Part shown: in pieces, positions 18,784-28,747 of the stretch
Layout of the letters: each line of letters starts with the position of its first letter
How positions within the stretch are numbered: the first letter of the stretch is position 1
Origin: Mesotaenium endlicherianum
Lineage: Eukaryota
Assembly: GCA_009602735.1 (NCBI GenBank)
Contig: WELA01002734.1
Coordinates: 1 to 64,000 of the forward strand
Length of the DNA: 64,000 nucleotides
Direction of reading: 5' to 3'
The notes under the pieces: model-generated
Told to the model about the DNA's origin: nothing
The model's database searches: none
What the model saw: only the letters and a program-made list of their open reading frames with translations
Translations under genes and position numbers: made by a program

Positions 18784-18893
18784 ATTCATTTTAACCAAAA
18801 ACGCAATGCTGACAAGGGTTTCAGTGAATGAAACCGCTTTTCAGCATAATAAAACCTTAGTAAACTTGTTTTTCTTAATGTCTCAAACCGATC

Positions 18894-18901
18894 TACATTT
18901 G
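18894..18901 (+). promoter_or_regulatory. -7 promoter element TACATTTG with no protein gene downstream
   Basis: Exact TAnnTTTG pointing into the 18.9-19.1 kb intergenic region. Confidence 0.55.
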
Positions 18902-18905
18902 TGTC

Positions 18906-19088
18906 AGATTGGTTCGAGAGACAGGAAGTAAGGCAAGCAATCGTTAGAAGAGGCTAACAATCGAAGATACACTGCAACCGTTGCAGTTCAAAATATTAAG
19001 CGGTAGATAATAACGCCAACCGCAGCAAGAGTTTTCGTATGGCAAGCAATCGTAGAGGTCGTTCCGTTTCCACGGAGGGACCTTTTTT
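18906..19088 (+). ncRNA. Candidate structured small RNA (~180 nt)
   Basis: Upstream promoter element, three short hairpins, duplicated GGCAAGCAATCGT and a terminal terminator; no long ORF. Confidence 0.5.
19056..19088 (+). terminator. Intrinsic terminator
   Basis: AGGTCGTTCCGT-TTCC-ACGGAGGGACCT followed by a T-run. Confidence 0.75.
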
Positions 19089-19144
19089 GTTGGCGCCAAG
19101 GTAAGGAAGATTTTAATTAAAATAACATTTCCTTAATATTTTTT

Positions 19145-19822
19145 TCAGCGAATCTTTTCCCTGGCCCATTTGAGCGCCAACGACAGCTGCTCTTCCCGGG
19201 TGAGGTTGCTGTTATCTAGCACAATGGCGTCTTCTGCTTTTCTAAGGGGACTGAACTCCCGGTTACTATCAATATAATCACGCATTTCCAGGTTGTTTTT
19301 CACCTCTTCAATGGTGATATTGGGATTTTTGGCAAATAATTCCTTGAACCGTCTTTCCACCCTCACAGCCGGATCGGCCGTAACGAATATTTTTAATTCG
19401 GCATGCGGGAATACCGTGGTGCCGATATCCCTCCCATCCATGACGATCCCCTTTTTCTTTCCCATTTGCTGTTGCTGCGCAACGGCAAATTCCCTTACTG
19501 CTTTCAGCGCAGATACGGCGCTTACATTTTCACTCACCAGCATATCCCGTATCAATGCTTCCACATTCTCATCATTCAAATACATATCGCTGTTGCCGGT
19601 AATGGGATTGTAACGAAAATCCAGGCTCACTTTACCCAGGGCTTTCACCGCTTCTGTTTCATTCTGCCAGTCGATATGCTGCCGCAGGAAATACAAAGTG
19701 ATGGCGCGGTACATGGCTCCGCTATCGATAAAAACATAGTTGAGCTCATTCGCCAGCTGGCGTGCCAGGGTACTCTTGCCACAGGATGAAAAACCGTCGA
19801 GCGTGATGATGATCTTCTTCAT
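19145..19822 (-). CDS. cmk: Cytidylate kinase
   Basis: DGFSSCGKST P-loop, DSGAMYRA, MDGRDIGTTVFP. Confidence 0.96.
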   Translation of the reverse strand: MKKIIITLDGFSSCGKSTLARQLANELNYVFIDSGAMYRAITLYFLRQHIDWQNETEAVKALGKVSLDFRYNPITGNSDMYLNDENVEALIRDMLVSENVSAVSALKAVREFAVAQQQQMGKKKGIVMDGRDIGTTVFPHAELKIFVTADPAVRVERRFKELFAKNPNITIEEVKNNLEMRDYIDSNREFSPLRKAEDAIVLDNSNLTREEQLSLALKWAREKIR

Positions 19823-20442
19823 AAACGGCCTTTTCTTTTTTGCATCTCGGCGGCAACGGCTTTTGCATCAGCATCTTGTTCATTCAATCGCTCCATGATC
19901 TGCTCATAGCTGCGCCGGTCGCGGTTCTGGCTCAACTTGAATACATGCTCCAGTGCATCTACTTTTATCTCAAAAGCAACAATGGCTTTGGCCATGCGTT
20001 CAACATATTCGGGCGATAATTCCTTGTATTGAGCAGGTGATTGCGCATCCTGTTCAAAAAGTGTGGTGGTTTCTTCCAGCACCTGCAATAACTGTTCATG
20101 ATCCAGGAAAGCAAGTGTTCCCCGCGCATGCACTGTCATGTAGTTCCAGGTAGAAGCCTGCTGCGGATTTTTGTACCAGCTGGCGCTCACATAGGTATGC
20201 GGACCGGTAAACAGCACCAGTGCCTGTTGGGTGGTCTCAAATGCTTTGCAATGATCGGTCTGTCGCATCATGTGCGCCTGCAGGTAAAGTACCCCTTCTT
20301 TCTCTTTGATGAGGAAGGGCAACTGGGTGGCAACGGGCAGTCCGCCTGCATCAACCCCGATCAGCATGGCAAAAGGATGCTGCTTCATGAAATCGATCAC
20401 AACAGCCTGGTCTTTCTCTTTGTAATGCGGTAAATGGTACAT
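19819..20442 (-). CDS. FMN-binding negative transcriptional regulator (PaiB family)
   Basis: GPHTYVSASWY, TWNYMTVH, KLSQNR. Confidence 0.9.
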   Translation of the reverse strand: MYHLPHYKEKDQAVVIDFMKQHPFAMLIGVDAGGLPVATQLPFLIKEKEGVLYLQAHMMRQTDHCKAFETTQQALVLFTGPHTYVSASWYKNPQQASTWNYMTVHARGTLAFLDHEQLLQVLEETTTLFEQDAQSPAQYKELSPEYVERMAKAIVAFEIKVDALEHVFKLSQNRDRRSYEQIMERLNEQDADAKAVAAEMQKRKGRL

Positions 20443-20451
20443 GCAGTGAAG

Positions 20452-21546
20452 TTACGCAACTACATCGATCGGTTTGGTTTTGGGCACGTTCGCATTGCGA
20501 ATGGCGATATTTCTTACGGCCGAAGCGGTAAAATCGCGGAATGCCTGCTGGCTGATGGCATCGGTTCCCAGCATTGCCGGAACGCCCTCGTCGCCGCCTT
20601 CGCGGATGCTTTGCACCAATGGTACCTGGCCCAGGAACGGCAGGTCGTACTCATCGGCCAATCGCTTGCCGCCTTCTTTACCAAACAGGTAATATTTGTT
20701 GTTGGGCAATTCTGCTGGAGTGAAATAAGCCATATTTTCCACCAGTCCAATGATCGGCACTTTGATCTGCGCTTGTCCGAACATGGCAATTCCTTTTTTA
20801 GCATCCGCCACCGCTACATTTTGCGGCGTGGTAACGATCACCACTCCTGTTACCGGAACGGTCTGCATCAATGTAAGGTGTATATCGCCGGTGCCGGGAG
20901 GCATGTCGATCACCAGGTAATCCAGTTCACCCCAATCCACATCGGTTACAAACTGGCGTATGGCGCTGCTGGCCATAGGGCCGCGCCATACCACTGCGTT
21001 CTTTTCGTCTACCAGTAACCCGATACTCATCAAACGGATACCATATTTCTCCAAAGGAACGATCATCCCTTTTCCATTCACATCTTTCATCATCGGCCTT
21101 TCGCCACGCACGCCAAACATGATGGGAACGCTGGGGCCATAAATATCTGCATCCATCAATCCAACACTGGCGCCTCCTTCAGATAAAGCCAGTGCGAGGT
21201 TGGCAGCGACCGTACTTTTACCCACACCGCCTTTACCGCTCACTACTGCAATGACATTCTTAACACCTGCCAGCAATTGCTGATCGCCTTTCCTGGAGGA
21301 AGATGTATTGGCAATAAAGTTTATTTTAACGGAAGCCGATGGATTCACCAGTAATTTGATGGCATTTTCACTGGCAGTACGCATCATATCTTTCATCGGA
21401 CAAGCAGGCGTGGTAAGCACGATGGTAAAGCTCACATCGTTACCAGATATATGAATATCCTTTACCATATTGAGTGTTACCAGGTCTTTCCCCAGGTCCG
21501 GCTCCTGCACATTACTCAAGGCCTTCAAAATTGCTTCTTCGGTCAT
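20452..21546 (-). CDS. apbC: Mrp/ApbC (NBP35) Fe-S cluster carrier ATPase
   Basis: LTTPACP, SGKGGVGKST, DADIYGPS, WRGPM, DMPPGTGD. Confidence 0.95.
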   Translation of the reverse strand: MTEEAILKALSNVQEPDLGKDLVTLNMVKDIHISGNDVSFTIVLTTPACPMKDMMRTASENAIKLLVNPSASVKINFIANTSSSRKGDQQLLAGVKNVIAVVSGKGGVGKSTVAANLALALSEGGASVGLMDADIYGPSVPIMFGVRGERPMMKDVNGKGMIVPLEKYGIRLMSIGLLVDEKNAVVWRGPMASSAIRQFVTDVDWGELDYLVIDMPPGTGDIHLTLMQTVPVTGVVIVTTPQNVAVADAKKGIAMFGQAQIKVPIIGLVENMAYFTPAELPNNKYYLFGKEGGKRLADEYDLPFLGQVPLVQSIREGGDEGVPAMLGTDAISQQAFRDFTASAVRNIAIRNANVPKTKPIDVVA

Positions 21547-21688
21547 CACGCAAGTTTTTGTTAAAAAAGAAAATCGGCACGCAAAGTTAACCCCTTGCAA
21601 CCGTACTTTGTTCTAAATCCTTCCTTTTAAACAAAGAAGGCCGGTTGCAGTTCGGTTTTATGAGCAATGGCTTTGTATTTTTACGCGG

Positions 21689-22333
21689 ATGATGAAATTT
21701 TTACGATACTTTTTAATTATTGCTACCCTGTTCACCTTTCACAAAGGCTATTCCCAGGCAAATCCCTATCGCGATTCTGTAGTACAACTCTATGGTGTGG
21801 TTATGACGGCCGACAGCCTCAAGGGCATACCTGCGGCGAGTGTTATTGTAGAAGGAAGGGGGCGCGGTACCATTTCCAATAGCGACGGGGTTTTCTCTAT
21901 TGCGGTATTAAAAGGAGACCATATCCGTTTTTCCAGTATTGGCTATAAAGATAAAACCATTCATATCCCCGCCGATCTGCCGGGCAACCAGTACAGTGTG
22001 ATACAATTGCTGATCAGCGACACCACTTATCTTCCCGCCACCATATTGAAGCCGCGTCCTACGCGTGAACAGTTTGAACGCGATTTTGTGAACATACCCG
22101 TCCAGGATGACCTCTATGAAACCGTTCGCAAAAACAATAATGAAGCGCAACGAAGGGCTTTGCTGAACAGCCTGCCCGCCGATGGCCGCGAAGCAGTCAA
22201 TTACCAGTTACGTCAACAAGCCAACAAAGCCTATTACGCCGGACAGGTACCGCCCATGAATATCCTGAATCCTGCGGCCTGGCTCGATTTTATTCAAGCC
22301 TGGAAAAGGGGCGATTTCAAGAAAAAGAACTAA
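21689..22333 (+). CDS. Carboxypeptidase regulatory-like domain protein (secreted)
   Basis: Signal peptide; GTISNSDGVFSI...FSSIGYK pattern. Confidence 0.75.
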   Translation: MMKFLRYFLIIATLFTFHKGYSQANPYRDSVVQLYGVVMTADSLKGIPAASVIVEGRGRGTISNSDGVFSIAVLKGDHIRFSSIGYKDKTIHIPADLPGNQYSVIQLLISDTTYLPATILKPRPTREQFERDFVNIPVQDDLYETVRKNNNEAQRRALLNSLPADGREAVNYQLRQQANKAYYAGQVPPMNILNPAAWLDFIQAWKRGDFKKKN

Positions 22334-22345
22334 TCTTTGCCTATT

Positions 22346-23242
22346 ATGGCATTACAACATATTACTGTTATCGGCGCCGGTACCATGGGCAACGGTATTG
22401 CGCATGTTTTTGCACAAAGCGGTTTTCCTGTTGTGCTGGTGGATGTGAATCCGGCGCAACTGGAAAAAGCATTGCAGACCATCACCCGGAATTTCGACAG
22501 GCAAATCGGCAAAGGCACTGTTAGCGAAGAACAAAAGCAAAAGGCGCTGGCGAACCTGACCACCGATACCGACCTGGCCAAAGCGGTAAGCAAGGCCGAT
22601 CTCGTTGTAGAAGCCGCCACAGAAAATGCAGAACTGAAATTAAAAATATTCAAACAGATAGATGAAGCGGCGCCTGCCCAGGCCATCCTGGCTACCAACA
22701 CTTCTTCTATTTCCATTACCAAAATAGCAGCCGCCACCAGCAGGCCCGGTAAAGTGATCGGTATGCACTTTATGAACCCGGTTCCTGTGATGAAACTGGT
22801 AGAGATCATCAATGGCTATGCTACCGAAGCAACTGTTACCGATGCCATTGTGCAGCTCAGCGCTGCTTTAGGTAAAATACCATGTGTGGTGAATGATTAT
22901 CCCGGCTTCATCGCCAACAAGATACTGATGCCCATGATCAATGAAGCTATTTACAGTTTGTATGAAGGCATTGCCGGTGTGGATTCCATCGATACCATCA
23001 TGAAGCTGGGTATGGCGCATCCTATGGGACCTTTGCAGTTGGCCGATTTCATCGGTCTCGATGTGTGCCTGAGTATACTCAACGTGCTGCACGAAGGATT
23101 TGGCAATCCGAAATATGCCCCCTGTCCCCTGTTGGTGAATATGGTTACAGCCGGCAAACTGGGCGTAAAATCCGGTGAAGGGTTTTATGTTTATTCGGGC
23201 GGAAGCAAGGAACTGGTAGTGAGCAACCGTTTTAAAAAATAA
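22346..23242 (+). CDS. hbd: 3-hydroxybutyryl-CoA dehydrogenase
   Basis: GAGTMGNGIA, TNTSSISIT, GMHFMNPVP, HPMGPLQLADFIGLD. Confidence 0.93.
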   Translation: MALQHITVIGAGTMGNGIAHVFAQSGFPVVLVDVNPAQLEKALQTITRNFDRQIGKGTVSEEQKQKALANLTTDTDLAKAVSKADLVVEAATENAELKLKIFKQIDEAAPAQAILATNTSSISITKIAAATSRPGKVIGMHFMNPVPVMKLVEIINGYATEATVTDAIVQLSAALGKIPCVVNDYPGFIANKILMPMINEAIYSLYEGIAGVDSIDTIMKLGMAHPMGPLQLADFIGLDVCLSILNVLHEGFGNPKYAPCPLLVNMVTAGKLGVKSGEGFYVYSGGSKELVVSNRFKK

Positions 23243-23247
23243 GATTG

Positions 23248-24006
23248 ATGTTCTTCATTCTTTCCAAAGTATTATACTTCCTGTTATACCCCATTTCATG
23301 GATCCTTATTTTGTGGGTCTGGCGATGGAGATCACGCACTGCCGCCACACGTAAAAGATTACTGATAAGTATGATTGTGCTGGGTATTGTTTTCTCCAAT
23401 CCATTCCTGTATAGATCTTTTGTGATGAGCTGGCAGCCTGTACCGAAGTCCTTGCCGGATACTGCGCACTACAGTGCAGGTATTGTTTTAGGCGGACTTT
23501 CCTATTACGATAAAAAAGACAGCGGCTTCTTTTCATTAGCAGCCGATCGCTTCATTCAAACAGCCAACTTGTATCACAGGGGCATCATCAATAAAGTACT
23601 GATCACCGGTGGCACAGGCAATTTGATGCAAAGGGAACCACCGGAAGCTATTTTTCTCAAACAGGAATTCATCCGTAATGGCGTAAACGAAAAAGACATT
23701 ATCCTCGAAAGTCGGTCTCGTAACACATACGAGAATGCCATATTCAGTAAGCGGGTATTGGATTCTCTAAAATTACAACCGCCGTTTGTACTGGTAACTT
23801 CTGCCATGCATATGCCCCGGTCGGTCGCTGTATTTAAAAAAGCGGGCATCAACTTCATTAGTTACCCTTGCGATTATACAGTCATCGATGAAAGATTTGA
23901 TATTGATAATTATATCATACCCGATATTTCTCTATTGAAGAAATGGTCATGGGTCATCAAAGAAGTGGTAGGTTTCGTTGCCTATCGTTTAACAGGCAAA
24001 GCCTGA
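23248..24006 (+). CDS. YdcF/ElyC (DUF218) family protein
   Basis: N-terminal TMs; IVLGG, ESRSRNTYENA, LVTSAMHMPRS. Confidence 0.9.
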   Translation: MFFILSKVLYFLLYPISWILILWVWRWRSRTAATRKRLLISMIVLGIVFSNPFLYRSFVMSWQPVPKSLPDTAHYSAGIVLGGLSYYDKKDSGFFSLAADRFIQTANLYHRGIINKVLITGGTGNLMQREPPEAIFLKQEFIRNGVNEKDIILESRSRNTYENAIFSKRVLDSLKLQPPFVLVTSAMHMPRSVAVFKKAGINFISYPCDYTVIDERFDIDNYIIPDISLLKKWSWVIKEVVGFVAYRLTGKA

Positions 24007-24009
24007 TCA

Positions 24010-24615
24010 TTACACCTGTTTTACATCTACCGTATGCATATCCTGCAAACGATACAATACTTCATCAAGTCTTGCTTTGGGAATGCCAATACGGAGCAGA
24101 CAGAACAATTGCATTTCCTGTCCAACCACGCTGCAGTTGCATTGTTTAACGATCATCATCACATCGTTCATGCGCGTATAGTCGAACTGTAATTCGTACA
24201 TGATTTCAATTGGTTTCTGCACAATGGGCACCAGTTGCAACGCCATGGCAGTAGCTGTTTTATAGGCATTGATGAGTCCGGGTACACCCAATAAAGTGCC
24301 CCCAAAATAACGCACTACAATCACCCCGGTATCGGTTAGCCATTTGCTGTCGATCTGCCCCAGGATTGGCCTGCCGGCGCTTCCACTGGGCTCGCCATCG
24401 TCACTCACCCTGAACTGATTTCCATCCAGTCCTATACGGTATGCAAAGCAGTGATGCACTGCTTTGGGGTGTTCTTTTTTCAGTTGCTGCAACTGCTCTT
24501 TGAATGCCTCGGGTGTTTGCACCGGGAAAACAAAAGCGATGAACTTACTGCCCCTGTCTTTGAATTCGGCCATTGCAGTTTTATCAATGGCCTGGTAAAA
24601 ATCTTCATTACTCAT
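24010..24615 (-). CDS. yigZ: YigZ/IMPACT family protein
   Basis: SKFIA, HHCFAY, DDGEPSGSAG, RYFGGTLLGVPGLINAY. Confidence 0.92.
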   Translation of the reverse strand: MSNEDFYQAIDKTAMAEFKDRGSKFIAFVFPVQTPEAFKEQLQQLKKEHPKAVHHCFAYRIGLDGNQFRVSDDGEPSGSAGRPILGQIDSKWLTDTGVIVVRYFGGTLLGVPGLINAYKTATAMALQLVPIVQKPIEIMYELQFDYTRMNDVMMIVKQCNCSVVGQEMQLFCLLRIGIPKARLDEVLYRLQDMHTVDVKQV

Positions 24616-25520
24616 AAGCTGTCTCCAAATGCAATCAACCAGATCGATACCATGGAAAGAACAATTCCTGCCCAATTAATTTTTGATAATCGTTCCCTGA
24701 ACAATAACCAGGCGGCCACAGCGCTGAATAATACAATGCCCATATTGTTCATGGGTATGCTGGCGCTGCTCTGCCAGGGACTGATTTTCAAAAACCTGAC
24801 CAGGCACCAGATAGAAAAATAATTGGGTACGCCAATGATGATGCCGGCCAGCAAGTTCTTCCAGGCAAAAACCTGTTTGCCGCGAAGATACTGTATCAAT
24901 AGAATGCAGGAGCCGATGGTGGCTGCTGATAAAAAACCACTGATGAGGTAAGCATTGCTGTTTTCTTCGGTTACATAATTTTTCTGTACATGGTTGATCA
25001 GTGCATCGAGCAGGCCGCTGCCGATGAAAAGGATCAAAGGCAAAAAAGGAACCAGGGAGTACCTGTGCGAAGCCTGCTGCTTGTTATCATTCACTTCCGA
25101 TGATGCCGCCTTGTTCCTGTAACAAGTAAGTACAACGGCCAATAATGCCAGTCCAACTCCTATCCCTTTCCAAATCCCTATACTTTCTCCATACAGGTAT
25201 ACCGATAAAACCACCGGTATGATCAGCGATAGCTTATTGGCAACGGATGCAACTGCCACGCCGATCTTTTGTGTGGTGGCGCCCAATGTATTGAAGATGG
25301 AGACAAAGAAAACACCCATGAGGCAGGCCCAGCGGAACCAGGGTGTGCCTGTTACCGAAGCATTGATGGGGAAACCGCCATTCACGAATGAACCGGTAAC
25401 AACACAGGTGAAATAGTTAAAGAGAATGACCTGGAATATACTAACCTGGTATCTTTCACAAGCTTTGATCGCAAGCGTGAGATAACTGGTAAGCACAATA
25501 CTGCCGAGCAGGTAAAGCAT
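24612..25520 (-). CDS. EamA/DMT family transporter
   Basis: About 10 hydrophobic segments with a duplicated EamA pattern. Confidence 0.8.
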   Translation of the reverse strand: MLYLLGSIVLTSYLTLAIKACERYQVSIFQVILFNYFTCVVTGSFVNGGFPINASVTGTPWFRWACLMGVFFVSIFNTLGATTQKIGVAVASVANKLSLIIPVVLSVYLYGESIGIWKGIGVGLALLAVVLTCYRNKAASSEVNDNKQQASHRYSLVPFLPLILFIGSGLLDALINHVQKNYVTEENSNAYLISGFLSAATIGSCILLIQYLRGKQVFAWKNLLAGIIIGVPNYFSIWCLVRFLKISPWQSSASIPMNNMGIVLFSAVAAWLLFRERLSKINWAGIVLSMVSIWLIAFGDSL

Positions 25521-25532
25521 GGGAACAGGGAT

Positions 25533-26582
25533 TTAATGCAAGAGACCGGGTGTATAATAAGTGATATGATCGGTTTCCCATTGTTCTTCCAGTTGCATAT
25601 CTGCATTGGTAAGGAGTGGCGATGGCAAACCATTGCCAATGTTCAGCTGCCGGTTTGTGATCACACGCGCTTCATCCCACAATGCTTCGTCAATAAACTG
25701 CTGCAACAAATGATTTCCTCCTTCTACCAATATACTTTGCAGTTGCAGGTGGTGACAGGCTTTGAGCAGTTGCGGCACAACAGGCGCTTCAAAATCCAGC
25801 CGGTGGTACCATAATTGGTTATGCCGTTCCTCTTTGCTGTTATTGAATACAATGGTAGTTTGTTCTCCGTTGAATAATTTCAGCGACGATGGCAGCGAAA
25901 GGTTCCGGTCAATGACCATTCGCACAGGGCTTTTCCCGCTCCACAAACGGTTATCGAGCGATGGGTTATCGAGCATAGCTGTACGGGTACCCACCAGTAT
26001 GGCTGCTTCTTCGCTGCGCCAACGATGCACGAGCCTGTTGGAATATGCATTACTGATCAGCAGACGTTCCCCCGTATTAGCGGCCATTTTATGATCTGCC
26101 GTCTGCGCCCATTTCAGCACCACATAGGGCCGGCCGGTTGTATGAAAAGTGAAAAAACGTTTGTTCAATGTTTTACAGGCGTCTTCCAATACACCCACTT
26201 CAACAGTAATGCCTGCCTGTTTTAGTTTTTCAATTCCCCTGCCGTCTACTTCTTTAAAAGGATCCCTGCATCCTATCACTACATGGGGTATTTGCTTTTC
26301 GATGATCAGGTCGCTGCAGGGAGGTGTTTTACCATAATGGGCACAGGGCTCCAGGGAAACATACAAACTGGCTTGCCTGATATGTGGCTGGTCAATAGCA
26401 GCAACGCTATTGATGCAGTTCACTTCGGCATGCGCTTGTCCGTATTGACGGTGCCAACCCTCTCCAATGATACGATCCCGGTACACCAGTACCGCACCTA
26501 CCATGGGGTTGGGCGCTACGGACCCTGCACCCAGCCGGGCCAGTTCCACACAACGCAGCATATATCGTTCGTCCTGGTTCAT
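25533..26582 (-). CDS. ribD: Bifunctional riboflavin deaminase/reductase RibD
   Basis: PNPMVG, HAEV, LEPCAHYGKTPPC, ILVEGG. Confidence 0.96.
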   Translation of the reverse strand: MNQDERYMLRCVELARLGAGSVAPNPMVGAVLVYRDRIIGEGWHRQYGQAHAEVNCINSVAAIDQPHIRQASLYVSLEPCAHYGKTPPCSDLIIEKQIPHVVIGCRDPFKEVDGRGIEKLKQAGITVEVGVLEDACKTLNKRFFTFHTTGRPYVVLKWAQTADHKMAANTGERLLISNAYSNRLVHRWRSEEAAILVGTRTAMLDNPSLDNRLWSGKSPVRMVIDRNLSLPSSLKLFNGEQTTIVFNNSKEERHNQLWYHRLDFEAPVVPQLLKACHHLQLQSILVEGGNHLLQQFIDEALWDEARVITNRQLNIGNGLPSPLLTNADMQLEEQWETDHITYYTPGLLH

Positions 26583-26628
26583 CGCAACAGAATGAACAAA
26601 AATAGCCAAATGGTGCTAACATTGCAGC

Positions 26629-27504
26629 ATGACGTTCCAATCGGCCCAACAGCAATTACTGGCAATACTGGCTCCCATATACGATGCACGCGAAGCAAGT
26701 GCTATTGCTCACATGATCATGGAGCACCTGACCCGTAAAACAAAAATAGAACGCCTGCTGGAGCCCGCATCTGTATTGACTGCAGATCAAAAATCTTTGT
26801 TACAATCATATATAGATCAATTATCCCGGCATCGTCCTGTTCAGTATGTATTGGGGGAAGCATGGTTTGCGGGTATGAAATTTTATGTCAACGAACATGT
26901 GTTGATTCCCCGGCCGGAGACAGAAGAACTTGTTGCATGGATCATTGATGAAGCTGCACAAGGTACTCAACAGGTATTGGATATTGGTACCGGTAGCGGA
27001 TGCATCCCCATTGCATTGAAAAAAGGTTTGCCTGCTGCGTCTATCACATCAATTGATATAGACCCCAATGCATTGCAGGTGGCGCATGATAATGCAACTA
27101 CTCTGCAAGCGGATATTCAATTGATTGAACTGGATTTTTTAAATGAATCTTTTTGGCACAAATTACCTGGCTATTACGATACCATTGTCAGCAACCCACC
27201 CTATATAAAAGCGATGGAATCAAATACCATGGCAAAGCATGTGCTGGACTATGAGCCTGCACGAGCGCTTTTTGTGCCCGACAATGATGCACTTGTTTTC
27301 TACCGGAAAATAGCAGCCTTCGCATCAACCCATCTGAACAATGCCGGCAGCATTTATATGGAAATCAATGAAGCGTTGGGAAAAGAAGTAAAACAACTCT
27401 TCGAGGCAACAGGATATCATGTAACAATAAAGCAAGATTTACAGGGAAAGGATCGTATGATCAAGGCTTCGAAGGCGTATTATCCACCGCCATCACAGGC
27501 GTAG
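26629..27504 (+). CDS. prmC: Release factor glutamine methyltransferase
   Basis: VLIPRPETEE, LDIGTGSGCI, VSNPPY. Confidence 0.95.
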   Translation: MTFQSAQQQLLAILAPIYDAREASAIAHMIMEHLTRKTKIERLLEPASVLTADQKSLLQSYIDQLSRHRPVQYVLGEAWFAGMKFYVNEHVLIPRPETEELVAWIIDEAAQGTQQVLDIGTGSGCIPIALKKGLPAASITSIDIDPNALQVAHDNATTLQADIQLIELDFLNESFWHKLPGYYDTIVSNPPYIKAMESNTMAKHVLDYEPARALFVPDNDALVFYRKIAAFASTHLNNAGSIYMEINEALGKEVKQLFEATGYHVTIKQDLQGKDRMIKASKAYYPPPSQA

Positions 27505-27868
27505 CGCCCAGTTTCTTGATCACTTGCATTACCCGGATGGCGGTGCCAAGATGGGAAGTACTATCACCATTGATCACCACTGAAGGTTTTTCTGTTTCTT
27601 TAGCGAGGAAGTTTTTCAGTTCCGGTTCCAGTTGATCAAAAGTTATTTTCTGTGAACCAAGGTATATCTGCTGGTCCTTATCAACCGTTACCACCACCGT
27701 TTGTTTGGCGCGGGTATCGCTTTTGGCTTTGGGGTTGGAGACCTTGATCACATTGGGATTGGCCAGTGTGGAAACAATGAGGAAGAACAACAGGAGTATG
27801 AACAGGATATCATTCAATGCGCCTGTATGCACTTCCGGGTGTGTTCTGAATCGTTTCCTGATATTCAT
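27461..27868 (-). CDS. exbD: ExbD/TolR biopolymer transport protein
   Basis: NDILFILLLFFLI TM with conserved Asp; downstream of exbB. Confidence 0.88.
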   Translation of the reverse strand: MNIRKRFRTHPEVHTGALNDILFILLLFFLIVSTLANPNVIKVSNPKAKSDTRAKQTVVVTVDKDQQIYLGSQKITFDQLEPELKNFLAKETEKPSVVINGDSTSHLGTAIRVMQVIKKLGATPVMAVDNTPSKP

Positions 27869-27895
27869 GATAGGCAGATTGCAATGAATAAAAAA

Positions 27896-28582
27896 TTACC
27901 TGGTAGGCTCCTGCAGTATGTCAATGAATTCCGCACTCGAAGCTTCCATCTTGTTTGCTGTTTTATCAATCTGTGTACTGAGATAGTTATGTCCTACATA
28001 AGCGATCAGTCCGATGATCAGACCCGTTGCCGAAGTGATCATCTTGGTATAGATACCTCCTGCGATGGTATTCAGCGTGTATTCACCTGTTGAAGCAATG
28101 CCATAGAACAACTGCACCATACCCACAATGGTTCCGAGGAACCCGAACATAGGCGCGATACCTGCCACCAGCGAAAGGATATTCAGGTTGCGTTCCATAT
28201 TGTACATTTCCAGTTTGCCTACGTTCTCCATGCTTTTTTCAATGGCATCGATGGGTTTGCCAATACGCTGTATGCCTTTGTCGATCATACGGGCAACCGG
28301 GTTATTGGTATTCCTGGCCAGGTTCCTGGCTGCCGCTACATTACCCGTCATGATGTTGTCACGAATGATGCTCATGAAATTGCCTTCAATGCGGGAGGCG
28401 CGGCGGATGGCCAATAACCTTTCCACGAATACAAAAATGGCTATGACCAGCAGCAGGTAAAGGGGATACATGATCCAACCGCCCTTTTCGAGAAGGCTCC
28501 ACATGGATATTTTTTCCGGTGCAGCGGGAACAGCTGCAGCAGCAACCTTCTGGAGGGTATCGGTCTGCAGTAAATAGAACAT
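27896..28582 (-). CDS. exbB: MotA/TolQ/ExbB proton channel
   Basis: APMFGFLGTIVGM, GGIYTKMITSATGL. Confidence 0.9.
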   Translation of the reverse strand: MFYLLQTDTLQKVAAAAVPAAPEKISMWSLLEKGGWIMYPLYLLLVIAIFVFVERLLAIRRASRIEGNFMSIIRDNIMTGNVAAARNLARNTNNPVARMIDKGIQRIGKPIDAIEKSMENVGKLEMYNMERNLNILSLVAGIAPMFGFLGTIVGMVQLFYGIASTGEYTLNTIAGGIYTKMITSATGLIIGLIAYVGHNYLSTQIDKTANKMEASSAEFIDILQEPTR

Positions 28583-28692
28583 GCTGGTTGTTTTATGGTT
28601 ATGCTAAAATTAGCTGCTTCTGCAAAAGAACAGCCAGCATGTGAATAAAATTGCCCTACCAGGGCGTTTTAAGAAAGATTTTGCACATTTTG

Positions 28693-28747
28693 AGTTGTTA
28701 GTTGTCAGAGGGATGTTCTAACAACTGACATCTATCAACTAACAACT
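28693..28747. repeat. Palindromic heptamer (AGTTGTT/AACAACT) repeat element overlapping the SPFH stop
   Basis: AGTTGTTAGTTGTCAGA...TCTATCAACTAACAACT; related element at 46235-46311. Confidence 0.7.

Noticed and set aside
19039..19104. 21-aa ORF MASNRRGRSVSTEGPFLLAPR
   Set aside because: It runs through the terminator hairpin and T-run, so it is unlikely to be fully transcribed; an RNA explanation fits better
27461..27504. 44-nt convergent overlap of prmC and exbD
   Set aside because: Short 3' overlaps are common here (also 17191-17225 and 38281-38296); no evidence of special function
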